From assembly GCA_038207335.1 (NCBI GenBank), contig JBBQZX010000027.1, forward strand, positions 1 to 64,000: 64,000 nt of DNA. The letters are read 5' to 3'. The position numbers and the translations under genes were made by a program. The notes beneath the pieces are model-generated. The model was not told the DNA's origin. It worked only from the letters and a program-made list of their open reading frames with translations, and ran no database searches. This document shows, one piece after another, positions 41,370-51,819 of this stretch; positions within the stretch are counted from its first letter, which is position 1; every line of letters begins with the position of its first letter. The stretch comes from Chthoniobacterales bacterium (lineage in GTDB: Bacteria > Verrucomicrobiota > Verrucomicrobiia > Chthoniobacterales > Chthoniobacteraceae).

Positions 41370-43530
41370 CAAGGACTTCGCGCACTTTGCGGCTGAGGAC
41401 CGCAGTGGTGAAAGGCTTTTGCAAAAACTGCACGCCGGCGGCGAGCACGCCATCCTCGGCGATCTCCGCATCGGAGTAGCCGGATACGAAAAGCAGCTTC
41501 GTGAGAGGACGCGCGAGGAGGAGTTCGGCGGCGAATTCCGGGCCGGTCATCCGCGGCATTACGACATCGCTCACGAGCAGGTCGATCGGCCCCGCGTGCT
41601 CTTGCGCGATGCGCAGGCCGTCCTCACCGTTCGACGCGCAAAGCAGCACGTAGCCTTGATCCGAGAGCACAGCGCAAACGAGTTCGCGCACGATTTCCTC
41701 ATCTTCGACGACGAGCACGGTCTCGCCGCGCGTGCGCTTCGCGACGGGCTCCAGCTGGGCCGGAGGCGGATCGACCGGCGCGTCGGCGCGCGGCAGGTGG
41801 AGGGTGAAAGTCGCGCCTTTTCCCAGCTCGCTCTCGACGGTGATCGCGCCGCCGCTCTGGCTCACGATGCCATAGACTGTGGCGAGGCCGAGGCCGGTGC
41901 CTTTGCCGGGGGCCTTTGTGGTGAAGAAGGGCTCGAAGATGCGGCCCCGGGTGTCGGCATCCATGCCGCAGCCGGTGTCCTGGACGGCGAGTGTGATGTA
42001 TCGGCCGGGGGAAAGGACCGCACCTTCTCCGCCATCCGCCGCGGTGACGAGGCGCTCGCCGGTGTGCATGGTGAGCACGCCGCCGCGCTGCATGGCGTCG
42101 CGGGCGTTCACGCCGAGGTTGATGAGCACCTGCTCGAGCTGCGTGGGGTCGGCGAAGACGCGGGCCTCGCGGGCGCCAAGCGCGACGCGGAGGTCGATCT
42201 GCTCGCCGATCACGCGCCGCAGCAGCTTTTCCATCTCGCGGACGAGGTTATTCAGGTCGATCACGCGGGGCTGGAGGATTTGCTTCCGGCTGAAAGCGAG
42301 GAGCTGCCGCGTGAGGTCGGCCGCCTGCTGGCCAGCTTTTAAGATGAGCCCCGCCTCTTCGCGCGTCGTCCCCGCGGGCGCGCGGAGCCCGATGAGTTCG
42401 GCGTATCCGATGATCGCGGTGAGGAGGTTGTTAAAGTCATGCGCAATGCCTCCAGCGAGGCGCCCGACTGCGTCCATTTTCTGCGAATGCCGCAAGCGCT
42501 CTTCGCTGTCGCGGAGGGCCTCCTCCGTGTGCAGGCGCTCTGCGGTTTCGCGGATGAGCGTCTCGCGCTGCTCGAAAAACGCACCCACCAGTCGTGCGAA
42601 GTCGCCGAACTCGTCGCCCATTTTTTGCAGTGGCTCGAGGCATTCCGGATCCTGCTTTTGGAGGCAAATCGAGAGCGTCTTCAGCGGCCTGCTGACCCAG
42701 CGCCGTAGCGAAATCAGGAGCGCGAGAAAGAGCACGAGTGCGAAGCCGAGCACCCAATAGAACAGCCGCTCGCTGGAGCGATTCATCCGCGCGACGATGG
42801 GCGAATCGTTGCGGATCGAGAGCGCAGCGATGGGCGCTCCGTCCCAGCCGGGGAGCACGCGGATGAAGCTCACGGCGCGGCTGCCGGGCAGCGCATCCGC
42901 GAGCCGCGGGGCGGCATCGGGCGGAGCGAAAGCGATCTCGTTTCCGGTGAAGATAGACATCTCGTGCAGCTCGGCATTTGACCAAAGCCGGCCCGCGAGG
43001 AAGTAGCCGCGGCGGGGTGTGACGCGCGCACCGTCGTCCGAGGGATGCACAGTCGCGCCGTTGATTTCCATGAGCCCCAAGCGCGGCACTTTCGCAAAAA
43101 AATGGCAGCGGCGGGGGCCGTCGAGCAGCTTCTGCATCGCGCCCGGCGGCAGCGGCACGGTCGCGAGCGCGTCGGAGTAGAGGAGATTGCGAGTGAAGGC
43201 GATGGTGCCATCCGGGTGATAAGCCCAGACCGCATGGGCGCGGTAGCTCGTGAGCGTCGTGTCGGTGATATTCGCCTCCGCCCACGCACGGTCGCCGCGC
43301 TCGATAGCGGTGACCATGTCGTCCCACGCGCTGAAGTAGTTCACGAAAATCTCGAACGCCTCGCCCCAGTGCTCGCGGAACTCGTCGAACGAATGCTCGC
43401 GCTCCTCCTGCCGTGTCGCCGAGATCGCGCGGAATTTCTCGCGCTCGTGAAATTTCAACGCGACGAGCCCAGCGACAAAAGTTGCCACGACTGCGAATAG
43501 CAGCAGGCCGAGTTTTGCGCGGACTTTCAT
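41335..43530 (-). CDS. Hybrid sensor histidine kinase/response regulator (CHASE4-like sensor)
   Basis: AHDFNNLL H-box, NARDAM, DTGCG, GTGLGL, C-terminal receiver (DVVMP, FLQKP); periplasmic AWDDM motif. Confidence 0.92.
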   Translation of the reverse strand: MKVRAKLGLLLFAVVATFVAGLVALKFHEREKFRAISATRQEEREHSFDEFREHWGEAFEIFVNYFSAWDDMVTAIERGDRAWAEANITDTTLTSYRAHAVWAYHPDGTIAFTRNLLYSDALATVPLPPGAMQKLLDGPRRCHFFAKVPRLGLMEINGATVHPSDDGARVTPRRGYFLAGRLWSNAELHEMSIFTGNEIAFAPPDAAPRLADALPGSRAVSFIRVLPGWDGAPIAALSIRNDSPIVARMNRSSERLFYWVLGFALVLFLALLISLRRWVSRPLKTLSICLQKQDPECLEPLQKMGDEFGDFARLVGAFFEQRETLIRETAERLHTEEALRDSEERLRHSQKMDAVGRLAGGIAHDFNNLLTAIIGYAELIGLRAPAGTTREEAGLILKAGQQAADLTRQLLAFSRKQILQPRVIDLNNLVREMEKLLRRVIGEQIDLRVALGAREARVFADPTQLEQVLINLGVNARDAMQRGGVLTMHTGERLVTAADGGEGAVLSPGRYITLAVQDTGCGMDADTRGRIFEPFFTTKAPGKGTGLGLATVYGIVSQSGGAITVESELGKGATFTLHLPRADAPVDPPPAQLEPVAKRTRGETVLVVEDEEIVRELVCAVLSDQGYVLLCASNGEDGLRIAQEHAGPIDLLVSDVVMPRMTGPEFAAELLLARPLTKLLFVSGYSDAEIAEDGVLAAGVQFLQKPFTTAVLSRKVREVLDAPPSRPSHPW

Positions 43531-43549
43531 GGAAAAGCGCGCCCGGCGG

Positions 43550-44356
43550 TCACTCGCGCACGCGCTGTTCCTTCATCTCAGTGAAATGAAGACCGCCCGC
43601 GTCCTCCTGGATTTTGAAGCGATTCACCGTGCGGCCGGCGACGGAGTGCGCAGGACTTTTGTATTTGAAAGCGATGCGAAAAGTGACCTCGTGTCCTCCG
43701 CCCTTTACGGGACTCATCTTGAAATCCAGCAGATCGTAGTGCCGCTCCGGCCAGCGCTGGTAGAAGCGCCGGACATCGCGCGCGACGAATTCGCGATCGA
43801 CTTTCCCGTGGTCGAAATAATTCAGCCGATCGGCGTAAAACTTCATCTCGGAAGCAAGCTGGTTCGTCTCGCAGGCCACGAGGTAATCGGCGACGAAGGC
43901 GTGAGCCTTTGCCGCAAAATCGGAGTCGGGCGGGACCTCCGCAGGCTCCGACTCCGGCTCGGCATCGGCCGGCTCCGACGGCGCCTCGCCGACTGGGATG
44001 AGCGTTTTCTCGCCGAGCTCCTCGAGCAATTTCCGGTCGCTCTCGGCCAGGTCGCGTGCCACGTCACTGCGCAGCACGGGCACCTCCGGCCACGGCTCCA
44101 CGGGCTTTATCGGCGCGGCGAGATTTAGTGAGCGCAGGGTCTCCGGGGTGGGCTCGCCCGTGGATGCAAAGCCTTTGCGCGCCTGATAACTGCGGATCGC
44201 CGAGAGGGTCTCCGGAGTTTTGCGTCCATCCACTTCGCCGAAGTAGAGGTTGCGTTTGCGCAACTCCTCCTGGACGCGCCGCACCTGTTCGTCGGCGCGC
44301 GCTGAGAGCGCGACGAGCATGGCCGTGAGGAGGAGGGTGAAGGCGGAGATTTTCAT
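43550..44356 (-). CDS. Secreted peptidoglycan-binding domain protein with NTF2-like C-terminus
   Basis: Signal peptide; VQEEL...Y.GEVDG...T..AI..YQ...G...TG (PG_binding_1 pattern). Confidence 0.75.
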   Translation of the reverse strand: MKISAFTLLLTAMLVALSARADEQVRRVQEELRKRNLYFGEVDGRKTPETLSAIRSYQARKGFASTGEPTPETLRSLNLAAPIKPVEPWPEVPVLRSDVARDLAESDRKLLEELGEKTLIPVGEAPSEPADAEPESEPAEVPPDSDFAAKAHAFVADYLVACETNQLASEMKFYADRLNYFDHGKVDREFVARDVRRFYQRWPERHYDLLDFKMSPVKGGGHEVTFRIAFKYKSPAHSVAGRTVNRFKIQEDAGGLHFTEMKEQRVRE

Positions 44357-44505
44357 GGGGAACGCCGCAGGCTAAAGGATCTTCGCGGCGAAAGCGCAAT
44401 CGGTCTTGTATCATTTCTCGGACCCGGAGTCCGTTCGTTTTTCCAAATGCGCTTGCGCCTGCGCTCGCCGGCGCGCGATAGTCCGCGCTCTTTTTGACCA
44501 GAAAC

Positions 44506-45798
44506 ATGCAGACTTTCGGCATCGGACTCGCGGGGATGGGCAACGTCGGCGCAGGTGTTTACAAACATCTGACGCAGAATCGCGCCCTGCTCCGGGAGCG
44601 GCTTGGCTACGAACTTGAGGTGAAGAAAATCGCGGTCCGGGATGTCTCGCGTCCCCGTGGGATCGCCGTTCCGGGCGAGTTGCTCACGACGGACTGGCGC
44701 GATTTTCTCGACGATCCGGAGTTGCAAATCGTCGTCGAGCTCATGGGACAAAAGGCGGAGAGTCTCGAGCTGATTCTCGGTGCGATCCAGCGGAAGAAGA
44801 TCGTGGTGACCGGCAACAAGGCGCTGCTGGCAGAGCGTGGGAAGGAGATTTTCGAGGCCGCATTTTTGTACAAAGTTCCGGTTTTTTTTGAGGCTGCGGT
44901 CGGCGGTGGAATTCCGATTATTAAGGCGATTCGAGAGGCGTTCATCGGGAATCACATCCAATCGATCCACGGCATCGTGAATGGCACGAGCAACTACATT
45001 TTGACCCGAATGACGGAGGCCGGGATGGGCTTCCACGAGGCGCTCCGCGAGGCGCAGGAGGCGGGCTACGCGGAGGCCGATCCGGCGCTTGATGTGAATG
45101 GGGGCGATGCAGCGCACAAGGCGATCATCCTCGCATCGCTGGCCTACGGATTTTGGGTGCCGCCGGAGAAAGTTTTCGTGGAGGGGATCGAGCAGCTCAC
45201 CGCGGCGGATATCTGCTTCGCGCGGCGGCTCGGGTATCGCATCAAGCTCCTCGCGATCATCAAAGCCGAGGCCGGCGAGATCGAGGTGCGCGTGCATCCG
45301 ACGCTCATCCCTGAGACGCATGTGCTCGCTAGCGTGAACGGTGTTTTCAACGCGATGGCGGTGCGCGGCGACGTGGTCGGCGAGACGCTCTTCTACGGCC
45401 GCGGCGCAGGCCAGGACGCCACGTCGAGCGCAGTCATCAGCGACCTCGTCGAGGCGGCCGATGCGCTCGCGGCACCGCGGCGCAATCTTGGCTTCATGCC
45501 GCACGGGCTCTACGGCACCTGCAAGCCGATCGCCGGGATCGTTTCGGAGTATTACTTGCGCCTCGCCGTCGATGATCGGCCAGGCGTCATCGCGCAAATC
45601 GCGAGCATTCTCGGCGAGTTGAATGTTGGCATCTCCTCGATCCTCCAGCCCGAGGCGGCGGAGGGCGAAGTCGCGTCACTCGTTCTCATGATCCATCGCG
45701 CGAGCAACTCACAGATCGACTCTGCGCTCGCAAAAATCGGCGCGCTTGGCTGCGTGAAAAAGGCCCCTCGCATGATTAGAGTGGAGCACTTCACATGA
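44506..45798 (+). CDS. hom: Homoserine dehydrogenase (with ACT domain)
   Basis: [37 protein letters not shown]. Confidence 0.97.
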   Translation: MQTFGIGLAGMGNVGAGVYKHLTQNRALLRERLGYELEVKKIAVRDVSRPRGIAVPGELLTTDWRDFLDDPELQIVVELMGQKAESLELILGAIQRKKIVVTGNKALLAERGKEIFEAAFLYKVPVFFEAAVGGGIPIIKAIREAFIGNHIQSIHGIVNGTSNYILTRMTEAGMGFHEALREAQEAGYAEADPALDVNGGDAAHKAIILASLAYGFWVPPEKVFVEGIEQLTAADICFARRLGYRIKLLAIIKAEAGEIEVRVHPTLIPETHVLASVNGVFNAMAVRGDVVGETLFYGRGAGQDATSSAVISDLVEAADALAAPRRNLGFMPHGLYGTCKPIAGIVSEYYLRLAVDDRPGVIAQIASILGELNVGISSILQPEAAEGEVASLVLMIHRASNSQIDSALAKIGALGCVKKAPRMIRVEHFT

Positions 45799-46889
45799 CC
45801 TTCCGACCCCTCCATGATCGCGGCGTCATTGCGCGATGGCAGCAATATTTGCCGGTCACGGATTCGACGCCATTCGTCTCGCTGAACGAGGGCTCAACGC
45901 CGCTCATCCACTCGCCAAAACTGAGTGCGCACGTCGGTCGCGCGTGCGAGGTTTTCGTTAAATACGAGGGGCTGAATCCGACCGGGTCGTTCAAGGATCG
46001 CGGGATGACGGTCGCGCTTTCCAAAGCGGTGGAGGACGGCGCGAAAGCAGTCATTTGCGCCTCCACCGGGAACACCTCCGCCGCCGCCGCCGCGTATGCC
46101 GCTCGCGCGGGGATCACCTGCGTCGTGCTTTTGCCGGCGGGGAAAATCGCGTTTGGTAAACTCGCACAGGCGTTCATGTACGGCGCGCGCGTCATCGCGA
46201 TTGACGGGAATTTCGACGACGCATTGCGGCTTGTGCGAGAGATCGGCGAGACCGAACCGATCGCGATCGTGAATTCGATCAACCCGCACCGTTTGCAGGG
46301 CCAAAAGACAGCGGCATTCGAGATTATCGAGGAGCTGGGTGACGCGCCGGATTTTCATGTGCTGCCGGTTGGCAACGCTGGAAACATCAGCGCCTACTGG
46401 CTCGGCTACAGCGAGTTTTTCGACCTAAAAAAGGCAACTCGACGCCCGAGAATGATCGGATTTCAAGCGTCCGGCTCCGCGCCGATTTTCCACAATCAGG
46501 TCGTGGAAAATCCCGAGACTGTCGCGAGCGCGATCCGCATCGGGAACCCTGCGAGCTGGGATTTTGCGACCGCCGCGCTGAAAGAGAGCCGCGGCGCAAT
46601 CGACATCGTCACCGATGAGGAAATCCTTGCCGCGCAAAGCTGGCTTGCGGCGAACGAGGGAATTTTTGTCGAGCCTGCGAGCGCCGCGAGCATCGCGGGG
46701 CTTTTTAAATCACTCGATCCCTCGCGGGTGGAGGAGCGACGTTTTCCGGAAATTCCAGAAGGCAGCCGGATTGTCTGCACGGTGACCGGCCACGGACTCA
46801 AAGACCCGGATGTCGCGAAGGAGCAATGTGGCTCAGTGATTCCGGCGAAAGCGGAGAAAGGCGAAATCCTCCGGCTGATCCAGGGCTGA
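45795..46889 (+). CDS. thrC: Threonine synthase
   Basis: [10 protein letters not shown] (PLP Lys), ASTGNT, PVGNAGN, TGHGLKD. Confidence 0.96.
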   Translation: MTFRPLHDRGVIARWQQYLPVTDSTPFVSLNEGSTPLIHSPKLSAHVGRACEVFVKYEGLNPTGSFKDRGMTVALSKAVEDGAKAVICASTGNTSAAAAAYAARAGITCVVLLPAGKIAFGKLAQAFMYGARVIAIDGNFDDALRLVREIGETEPIAIVNSINPHRLQGQKTAAFEIIEELGDAPDFHVLPVGNAGNISAYWLGYSEFFDLKKATRRPRMIGFQASGSAPIFHNQVVENPETVASAIRIGNPASWDFATAALKESRGAIDIVTDEEILAAQSWLAANEGIFVEPASAASIAGLFKSLDPSRVEERRFPEIPEGSRIVCTVTGHGLKDPDVAKEQCGSVIPAKAEKGEILRLIQG

Positions 46890-46954
46890 ATCCCCGAACC
46901 TGCCTGCGGGAATTGACAGACTTTCGCACGGCGCGGATGCTCCGCCCCCTTTTC

Positions 46955-48733
46955 ATGAATTCGCCGTTTCGCTGGATAGATTCCACCTCTTGGGAACTCG
47001 ACCTTTTCGGTCTGCCGCACCAGATTCCGTGGCCTGCGGATGCCGATGAGAAGAGCGCTGCCGAGGATCCGTTCGACTCGGAAACGCTGGTCCGGGGGAT
47101 CGAACTCATGGGAGACGAAGCGGGCGAGCCGTGGATCGGATTCAAACGCGCGTACGCGCATTTCGAGGAGCTTTCGGAGGCGCTGGAGGATTCGGAGATC
47201 CGACGTGCGCGTGAGATTCTTGGCGAGATCGAGGCGGTGCATCCCGGCACCTCGTTCCGCATTTTTCACGAAGCGAATATCGCTCAGCGCGAGGGCCGTT
47301 TTGATGACGCAATCGCTCTTTTCCAACAGGCAGCGGAGAAGACGCCGCTAATCACGGAGATTTGGAATAATCTCGGCGTCGTCTTTGCGATGACCGGGCG
47401 TCGGGAAGAAGCGGTTGCGGCATTTCGCAAAGTGCTCGCGATCGACCAGAACAATCACGTCGCACTCGAAGGCATGACGCAGGTGCGCGAACTTGTGAAG
47501 CTGATGCGCGACGCGGCCGACCCGAAGTCGGCGATGTATGTGGAGTTGCCGGTTTTCAAGCAAATGGCCGCGAAGCAAATCGACGCGATCTCAGGCGATG
47601 CGGCTCAACTGCTCACGTACGGCGAAGAGCTGGTGAAGACGGGAATGGTGCCGGACGTGGGACTGAGCGCTTTGGAAAAGGCACGCGATCTTCAGCCCGA
47701 GGATCCGCGCACGCTTTTCACCCTCGCCTCAGCGTATCGCGCGATGGGAAAAATCGTCGAGTCGCGCACCATCGCGGTGCGCATGACGGAGCTGCTGCCG
47801 GAGAGCGACGAGGCGTTTTTTCACCTCGCGCAAATCTGTAACGCGATGGAAGACTCCGCCGCTGAGCGCGCCGCGCTGGGGAGAGCGGTGGAGCTGAATC
47901 CGAACATGCAGGCGGCCCTCGCGGTCTGGTTCCAATTGAAGCCCGGCGAGCACGATCCGGCGAAGGAGCAGCAGTTGCTCGATTTTGCGGAGAGCAAAAA
48001 CTCGTGGATGGCATTCATCCTCGCGAGCGCCCTGTGCCGCGAGCGCGGCGATTTCAAGCGGGCGATGAAATTGGCCGAGCGCGCGGTCGACCTAGCGCCG
48101 GATTCCGAGGAGGCACTGCTGCATTTCACCGCGACGATCGGTGATGCGAAAGACATCGCGAAGCTCGCGAAGGAAGTGAAGCCTAAGGTGATCAGCGGCA
48201 AGTTTTCACGCCGGCTTGTTTGGAATTACGCGCATGTTTTGCGGCAGGTCGGGCTTGCGCAAGACGCGCTCGCGGCGCTGAAAAAAGCGGCATCTGGCGA
48301 CGCGCCCGACGATTTCAAGGCGGCGTGCGTGACTACGATCGAGGCGTGGAGTGGGATGCTCACCGGCACGGGCGTGCCGCTCGAGGTGCATCAATCCGGC
48401 GTGCTGCTGCGCGACGTGCTGCTCACGGTCGATGACGATGACGGCGGCGTGGTGCTGAGTGCCGGGGCGCGTTTGCCGGAGCAGGGGAGTTTCAAATGGC
48501 GCGCGGACGGTGTGGAGACGAGCGTTTTTTTGCAGCAGGGCCAGAGCGGCGGCGCACCGGAGCCGCAGAGCCTCGGTGAGTTCAAGATCCGCGGCATTCA
48601 AACACAGCCTGACGGCCCGACGACGATCGAGTGCCACATCACCGCGCTGGCTGATGGCGCGCTGCACTTCCGCGCGGCGCAAAACGGCAGGCGGTTGCCG
48701 GTCGGCTGGGCGCCGCCGCGCGTGCGTGTGTAA
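46955..48733 (+). CDS. TPR-repeat protein with C-terminal Hsp70 substrate-binding-like domain
   Basis: Multiple TPRs (IWNNLGVV...EAVAAFRKVLAIDQ; AVELNP); C-terminus aligns by eye to the DnaK SBD-beta. Confidence 0.75.
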   Translation: MNSPFRWIDSTSWELDLFGLPHQIPWPADADEKSAAEDPFDSETLVRGIELMGDEAGEPWIGFKRAYAHFEELSEALEDSEIRRAREILGEIEAVHPGTSFRIFHEANIAQREGRFDDAIALFQQAAEKTPLITEIWNNLGVVFAMTGRREEAVAAFRKVLAIDQNNHVALEGMTQVRELVKLMRDAADPKSAMYVELPVFKQMAAKQIDAISGDAAQLLTYGEELVKTGMVPDVGLSALEKARDLQPEDPRTLFTLASAYRAMGKIVESRTIAVRMTELLPESDEAFFHLAQICNAMEDSAAERAALGRAVELNPNMQAALAVWFQLKPGEHDPAKEQQLLDFAESKNSWMAFILASALCRERGDFKRAMKLAERAVDLAPDSEEALLHFTATIGDAKDIAKLAKEVKPKVISGKFSRRLVWNYAHVLRQVGLAQDALAALKKAASGDAPDDFKAACVTTIEAWSGMLTGTGVPLEVHQSGVLLRDVLLTVDDDDGGVVLSAGARLPEQGSFKWRADGVETSVFLQQGQSGGAPEPQSLGEFKIRGIQTQPDGPTTIECHITALADGALHFRAAQNGRRLPVGWAPPRVRV

Positions 48734-48735
48734 GT

Positions 48736-49593
48736 TCAGCGCGCGAAGCGGAAAAAAGCGTTCGCCGCCGTCTCGGTTTGCGCGGAGATTTGATCGACCG
48801 ATGTGCCGCGAAGACGCGCGATGTGCTCCGCGACGAGGCGCGTGTGGGCGGGCTCGCACCGTTTTCCGCGATGCGGCACGGGCGCTAGAAATGGGCAGTC
48901 CGTCTCGACCATGAACGAGCCGTCGGGCAGTCCGGCGGCGGTCTGCTGCACGGTCGCGGCGTTTTTGAAAGTGACGAGGCCGGTGAATGAGACGAGATGA
49001 TTTTGTTCTCGGAGTTCGTGTGCTTGCGCGAGGCTTTTTCCGAAGCAGTGAAAGACCGCGCGGAGCTTGCCGGCGTACGGCGCGAGGATCGCAAGCGTGT
49101 CGTCCCACGCATCGCGCTCGTGAATGATAACGTTCAGTCCGAGCTCGATCGCGAGTTCGAGTTGCTGCTCGAATACCGCCGCCTGCGTGGCTTTCAACGA
49201 GCCGTCAGCCAGAGCATTGGGAAATTCGCCCGGCAGCTCCGTGCTCACCGCGCCGACAGCAGCCAGGAAAAAACCTGGCGTGCTGAGGCTCGGCAGCCGG
49301 TGGTAGTCGAGGCCGATTTCACCCATCGCGACGACCCGCTGGCTTTCCGCGAGCGCGCGCAGTTCTTCAATGAAATCCTCACCTGCCTCGTTCGCGGCAT
49401 TCGGATGTATGCCGATCGCCGCGAAAACGTTCGCGTGCTTCTCCGCAAGCGCGACCGCCCTCCGGCTCCCTTCCACCGAAGTCCCGATCGTCACAATTCG
49501 CCGCACGCCTGCTGCCTCCGCTCGCGCGAAAATCTCCGGCAAACCTTCCTCAAACTCCGGAAAGTCGAGATGCGCGTGGGTGTCGGTCAGCAT
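48736..49593 (-). CDS. tatD: TatD family hydrolase
   Basis: DTHAH, GIHP, GEIGLDY, IHER, HCF, ETDCPFLAP. Confidence 0.93.
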   Translation of the reverse strand: MLTDTHAHLDFPEFEEGLPEIFARAEAAGVRRIVTIGTSVEGSRRAVALAEKHANVFAAIGIHPNAANEAGEDFIEELRALAESQRVVAMGEIGLDYHRLPSLSTPGFFLAAVGAVSTELPGEFPNALADGSLKATQAAVFEQQLELAIELGLNVIIHERDAWDDTLAILAPYAGKLRAVFHCFGKSLAQAHELREQNHLVSFTGLVTFKNAATVQQTAAGLPDGSFMVETDCPFLAPVPHRGKRCEPAHTRLVAEHIARLRGTSVDQISAQTETAANAFFRFAR

Positions 49594-49675
49594 TTAGGGA
49601 TGATCAAATTGGCATTTCGCATCCGCTCCGGTCTCACGGTCGGACTGCGTTACCAATTCCCGAAATCCTAGACCC

Positions 49676-50524
49676 TTACTTCTTCCCGTAACCCGCCTTC
49701 GGCTTGCCGTTCGCGTCGAGTTTGTCGCACGCCCAGAGGATGCCGTTGGTCACGAGATCCAGATATTTCGGATCTTCGACGGTCGCGTTGTTGTGGCCGA
49801 TCGTGGTGCTGAAGACGCGCGTGTGTTTCGCGCCGTATTCATTCGTCCAAGCGACGACGGTCTCGGTCGACTTCTCAGCGCCCGTCTTGTCTTTGGAAAC
49901 TTGCGTGCCTTTCGCGAGCGCCTTGGCGGTGAGGATTTGGACGTTGTTGTAAAGCTCTTCGTTGATCGTCGTCCAGTCGGTCATGCCTTTCGTGATTGGG
50001 CTCTCCGTGTCTGTGAAGTGAATCGCAATCGGGAGTTGCGCGCCGTGGCCGGTGGATTGCAGGCCGAGATATTCGTACCAGTGCGAATTGTCCGCGCCGG
50101 GCTCGACTGGTTTACCGTAATTTCCGAACCGGTAGCAGTGCATTGCGCAGTGGAGATTCACGCCGGGGATGCCGTCTTCCCGGTGCGGCTTCAGCACGCC
50201 GGCGATGACTTCGGGATCGCTGATGTCGGCGGCGCATTCATCGTGAATCACGAGATCGTAGCCTTTCGCGTAGTCTGGATTTCCGTAGATGGGCAGCGGT
50301 GGCTTCGTGGACTTGTCGTCGGTGTGAATCTGATCGACGACGATATTTGCGCGCTCCTCAATCCCCTTCTTCAAGATGTCCTTTTGCTTCGGATAGTCGT
50401 GGCAGCAGCCGCCGGTGAGCAGCAGGACCTTGAGGGGCTTCAGTTGGTCTTCGGCGGAAGCGCGGGGAGCGATCAACGCGAGAGAAAGTGCGAGCAGGGA
50501 AGGAAGCAGGAGGAGTTTTTTCAT
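49676..50524 (-). CDS. ThuA-like (class I glutamine amidotransferase fold) secreted protein
   Basis: Signal peptide; KVLLLTGGCCHDY, EELY, RVFSTTIGH, GILWAC. Confidence 0.8.
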   Translation of the reverse strand: MKKLLLLPSLLALSLALIAPRASAEDQLKPLKVLLLTGGCCHDYPKQKDILKKGIEERANIVVDQIHTDDKSTKPPLPIYGNPDYAKGYDLVIHDECAADISDPEVIAGVLKPHREDGIPGVNLHCAMHCYRFGNYGKPVEPGADNSHWYEYLGLQSTGHGAQLPIAIHFTDTESPITKGMTDWTTINEELYNNVQILTAKALAKGTQVSKDKTGAEKSTETVVAWTNEYGAKHTRVFSTTIGHNNATVEDPKYLDLVTNGILWACDKLDANGKPKAGYGKK

Positions 50525-50875
50525 GTGTGAGGTAAAGACGAATGCCGCACGGTTTGTTTGAGCGAAAGCCTCAAATTTCTCCCGGGACGAAACTCGGTCC
50601 GTCGATGGCTCTTCAGTGCCATTGAGAAATCGCAACTTTGAAGCAACCGCGCAGCCCCGGAAATCGTTTGAACACTGGGGCCGCGTGAGTGTCAGAGGAT
50701 TCATTAACCAACTTGACTACATACGCCGGGTGATAATTTTTTTTGCTTGCAGCGCTGACCGGACGTGTGATTCAATGTAAATACATTTTCTCGGAACAAA
50801 TCCCAACATTCCCACTCACATCATCGTTATCAGTTTTGCATGACAGTTGCTTGACAAAGAATTGAGAGGCACAAA

Positions 50876-51757
50876 ATGAACTACAAGTCCGGCGAAGATT
50901 CCGATACAGGGATCAAAATCTACCTCCGAGAAATCGGCCAAATTCCTCTGCTCACCATTGAGCAGGAGATTGATCTCGCGGCGAAAATCAAGCGTGGCGA
51001 CAAAGAAGCGCGCTCGCTGATGATCCGCTCGAATTTGCGCCTCGTGGTCAAGATCGCGCACGACTACGCAAATTTGGGGATGCCGCTCCTGGACCTGATT
51101 TCCGAGGGAAATATCGGGCTGATGAAAGCGGTCGAGCGCTTCGACCCGGCGAAGGGCGGGAAACTGAGCACCTACGCGGCGTGGTGGATCAAACAGTCGA
51201 TCAAGCGCTCGCTCGCGAACCAGAGCAAGACGATCCGCCTGCCCGTGCATCTCGTGGATAAGATTTCCAAGATGCGCCGCGTCGCGATGCAAATGAGCGA
51301 GGAACTCGGTCGCGAACCGACGGATGACGAACTCGCAGAAGAGGTCGGACTTTCCGCGAGCAAAGTGACGCAGCTCAAGTCGGTGTCGGTGCGCCCGGCT
51401 TCGCTTGATGCGCCGCTCAGCGACGACGACACGACGGCGTTTGGCGAGATTGTAGGCGATAGCGAAGCGCGGACGCCGTTCGAGCAATTAAGCGACCAAA
51501 ACATGCGCGAGGAAGTCGGCGATTTGCTGAGCGTGCTCGATGATCGCGAGAAGAAAATCATCTACTCGCGCTTCGGGCTCGACGGCGGCAAGGCGAAGAC
51601 GCTAGAGGAAGTCGGCAAGAAATTTGGCGTCACTCGGGAGCGCATCCGGCAGTTGCAGAATATCGCGCTCATCAAGCTGCGCCGCGCTTTGCAGAAAAAG
51701 GAGCGGCCCATCGAGCACCTGTTACCTCTGCTTGCGGAAGACGCTGGCGACGAGTAA
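50876..51757 (+). CDS. Sigma-70 factor, RpoD/RpoS-type lacking region 1.1
   Basis: YLREIG, NLRLVV.IA, DLISEGNIGL.KAVERFD, STYA.WWI, TLEEVG..FGVTRERIRQ. Confidence 0.93.
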   Translation: MNYKSGEDSDTGIKIYLREIGQIPLLTIEQEIDLAAKIKRGDKEARSLMIRSNLRLVVKIAHDYANLGMPLLDLISEGNIGLMKAVERFDPAKGGKLSTYAAWWIKQSIKRSLANQSKTIRLPVHLVDKISKMRRVAMQMSEELGREPTDDELAEEVGLSASKVTQLKSVSVRPASLDAPLSDDDTTAFGEIVGDSEARTPFEQLSDQNMREEVGDLLSVLDDREKKIIYSRFGLDGGKAKTLEEVGKKFGVTRERIRQLQNIALIKLRRALQKKERPIEHLLPLLAEDAGDE

Positions 51758-51819
51758 AACGCATCGAAATCAATCTTCAAGGGCGCGTCACGAAAGTGGC
51801 GCGCTCTTTTCGTGAAGGC

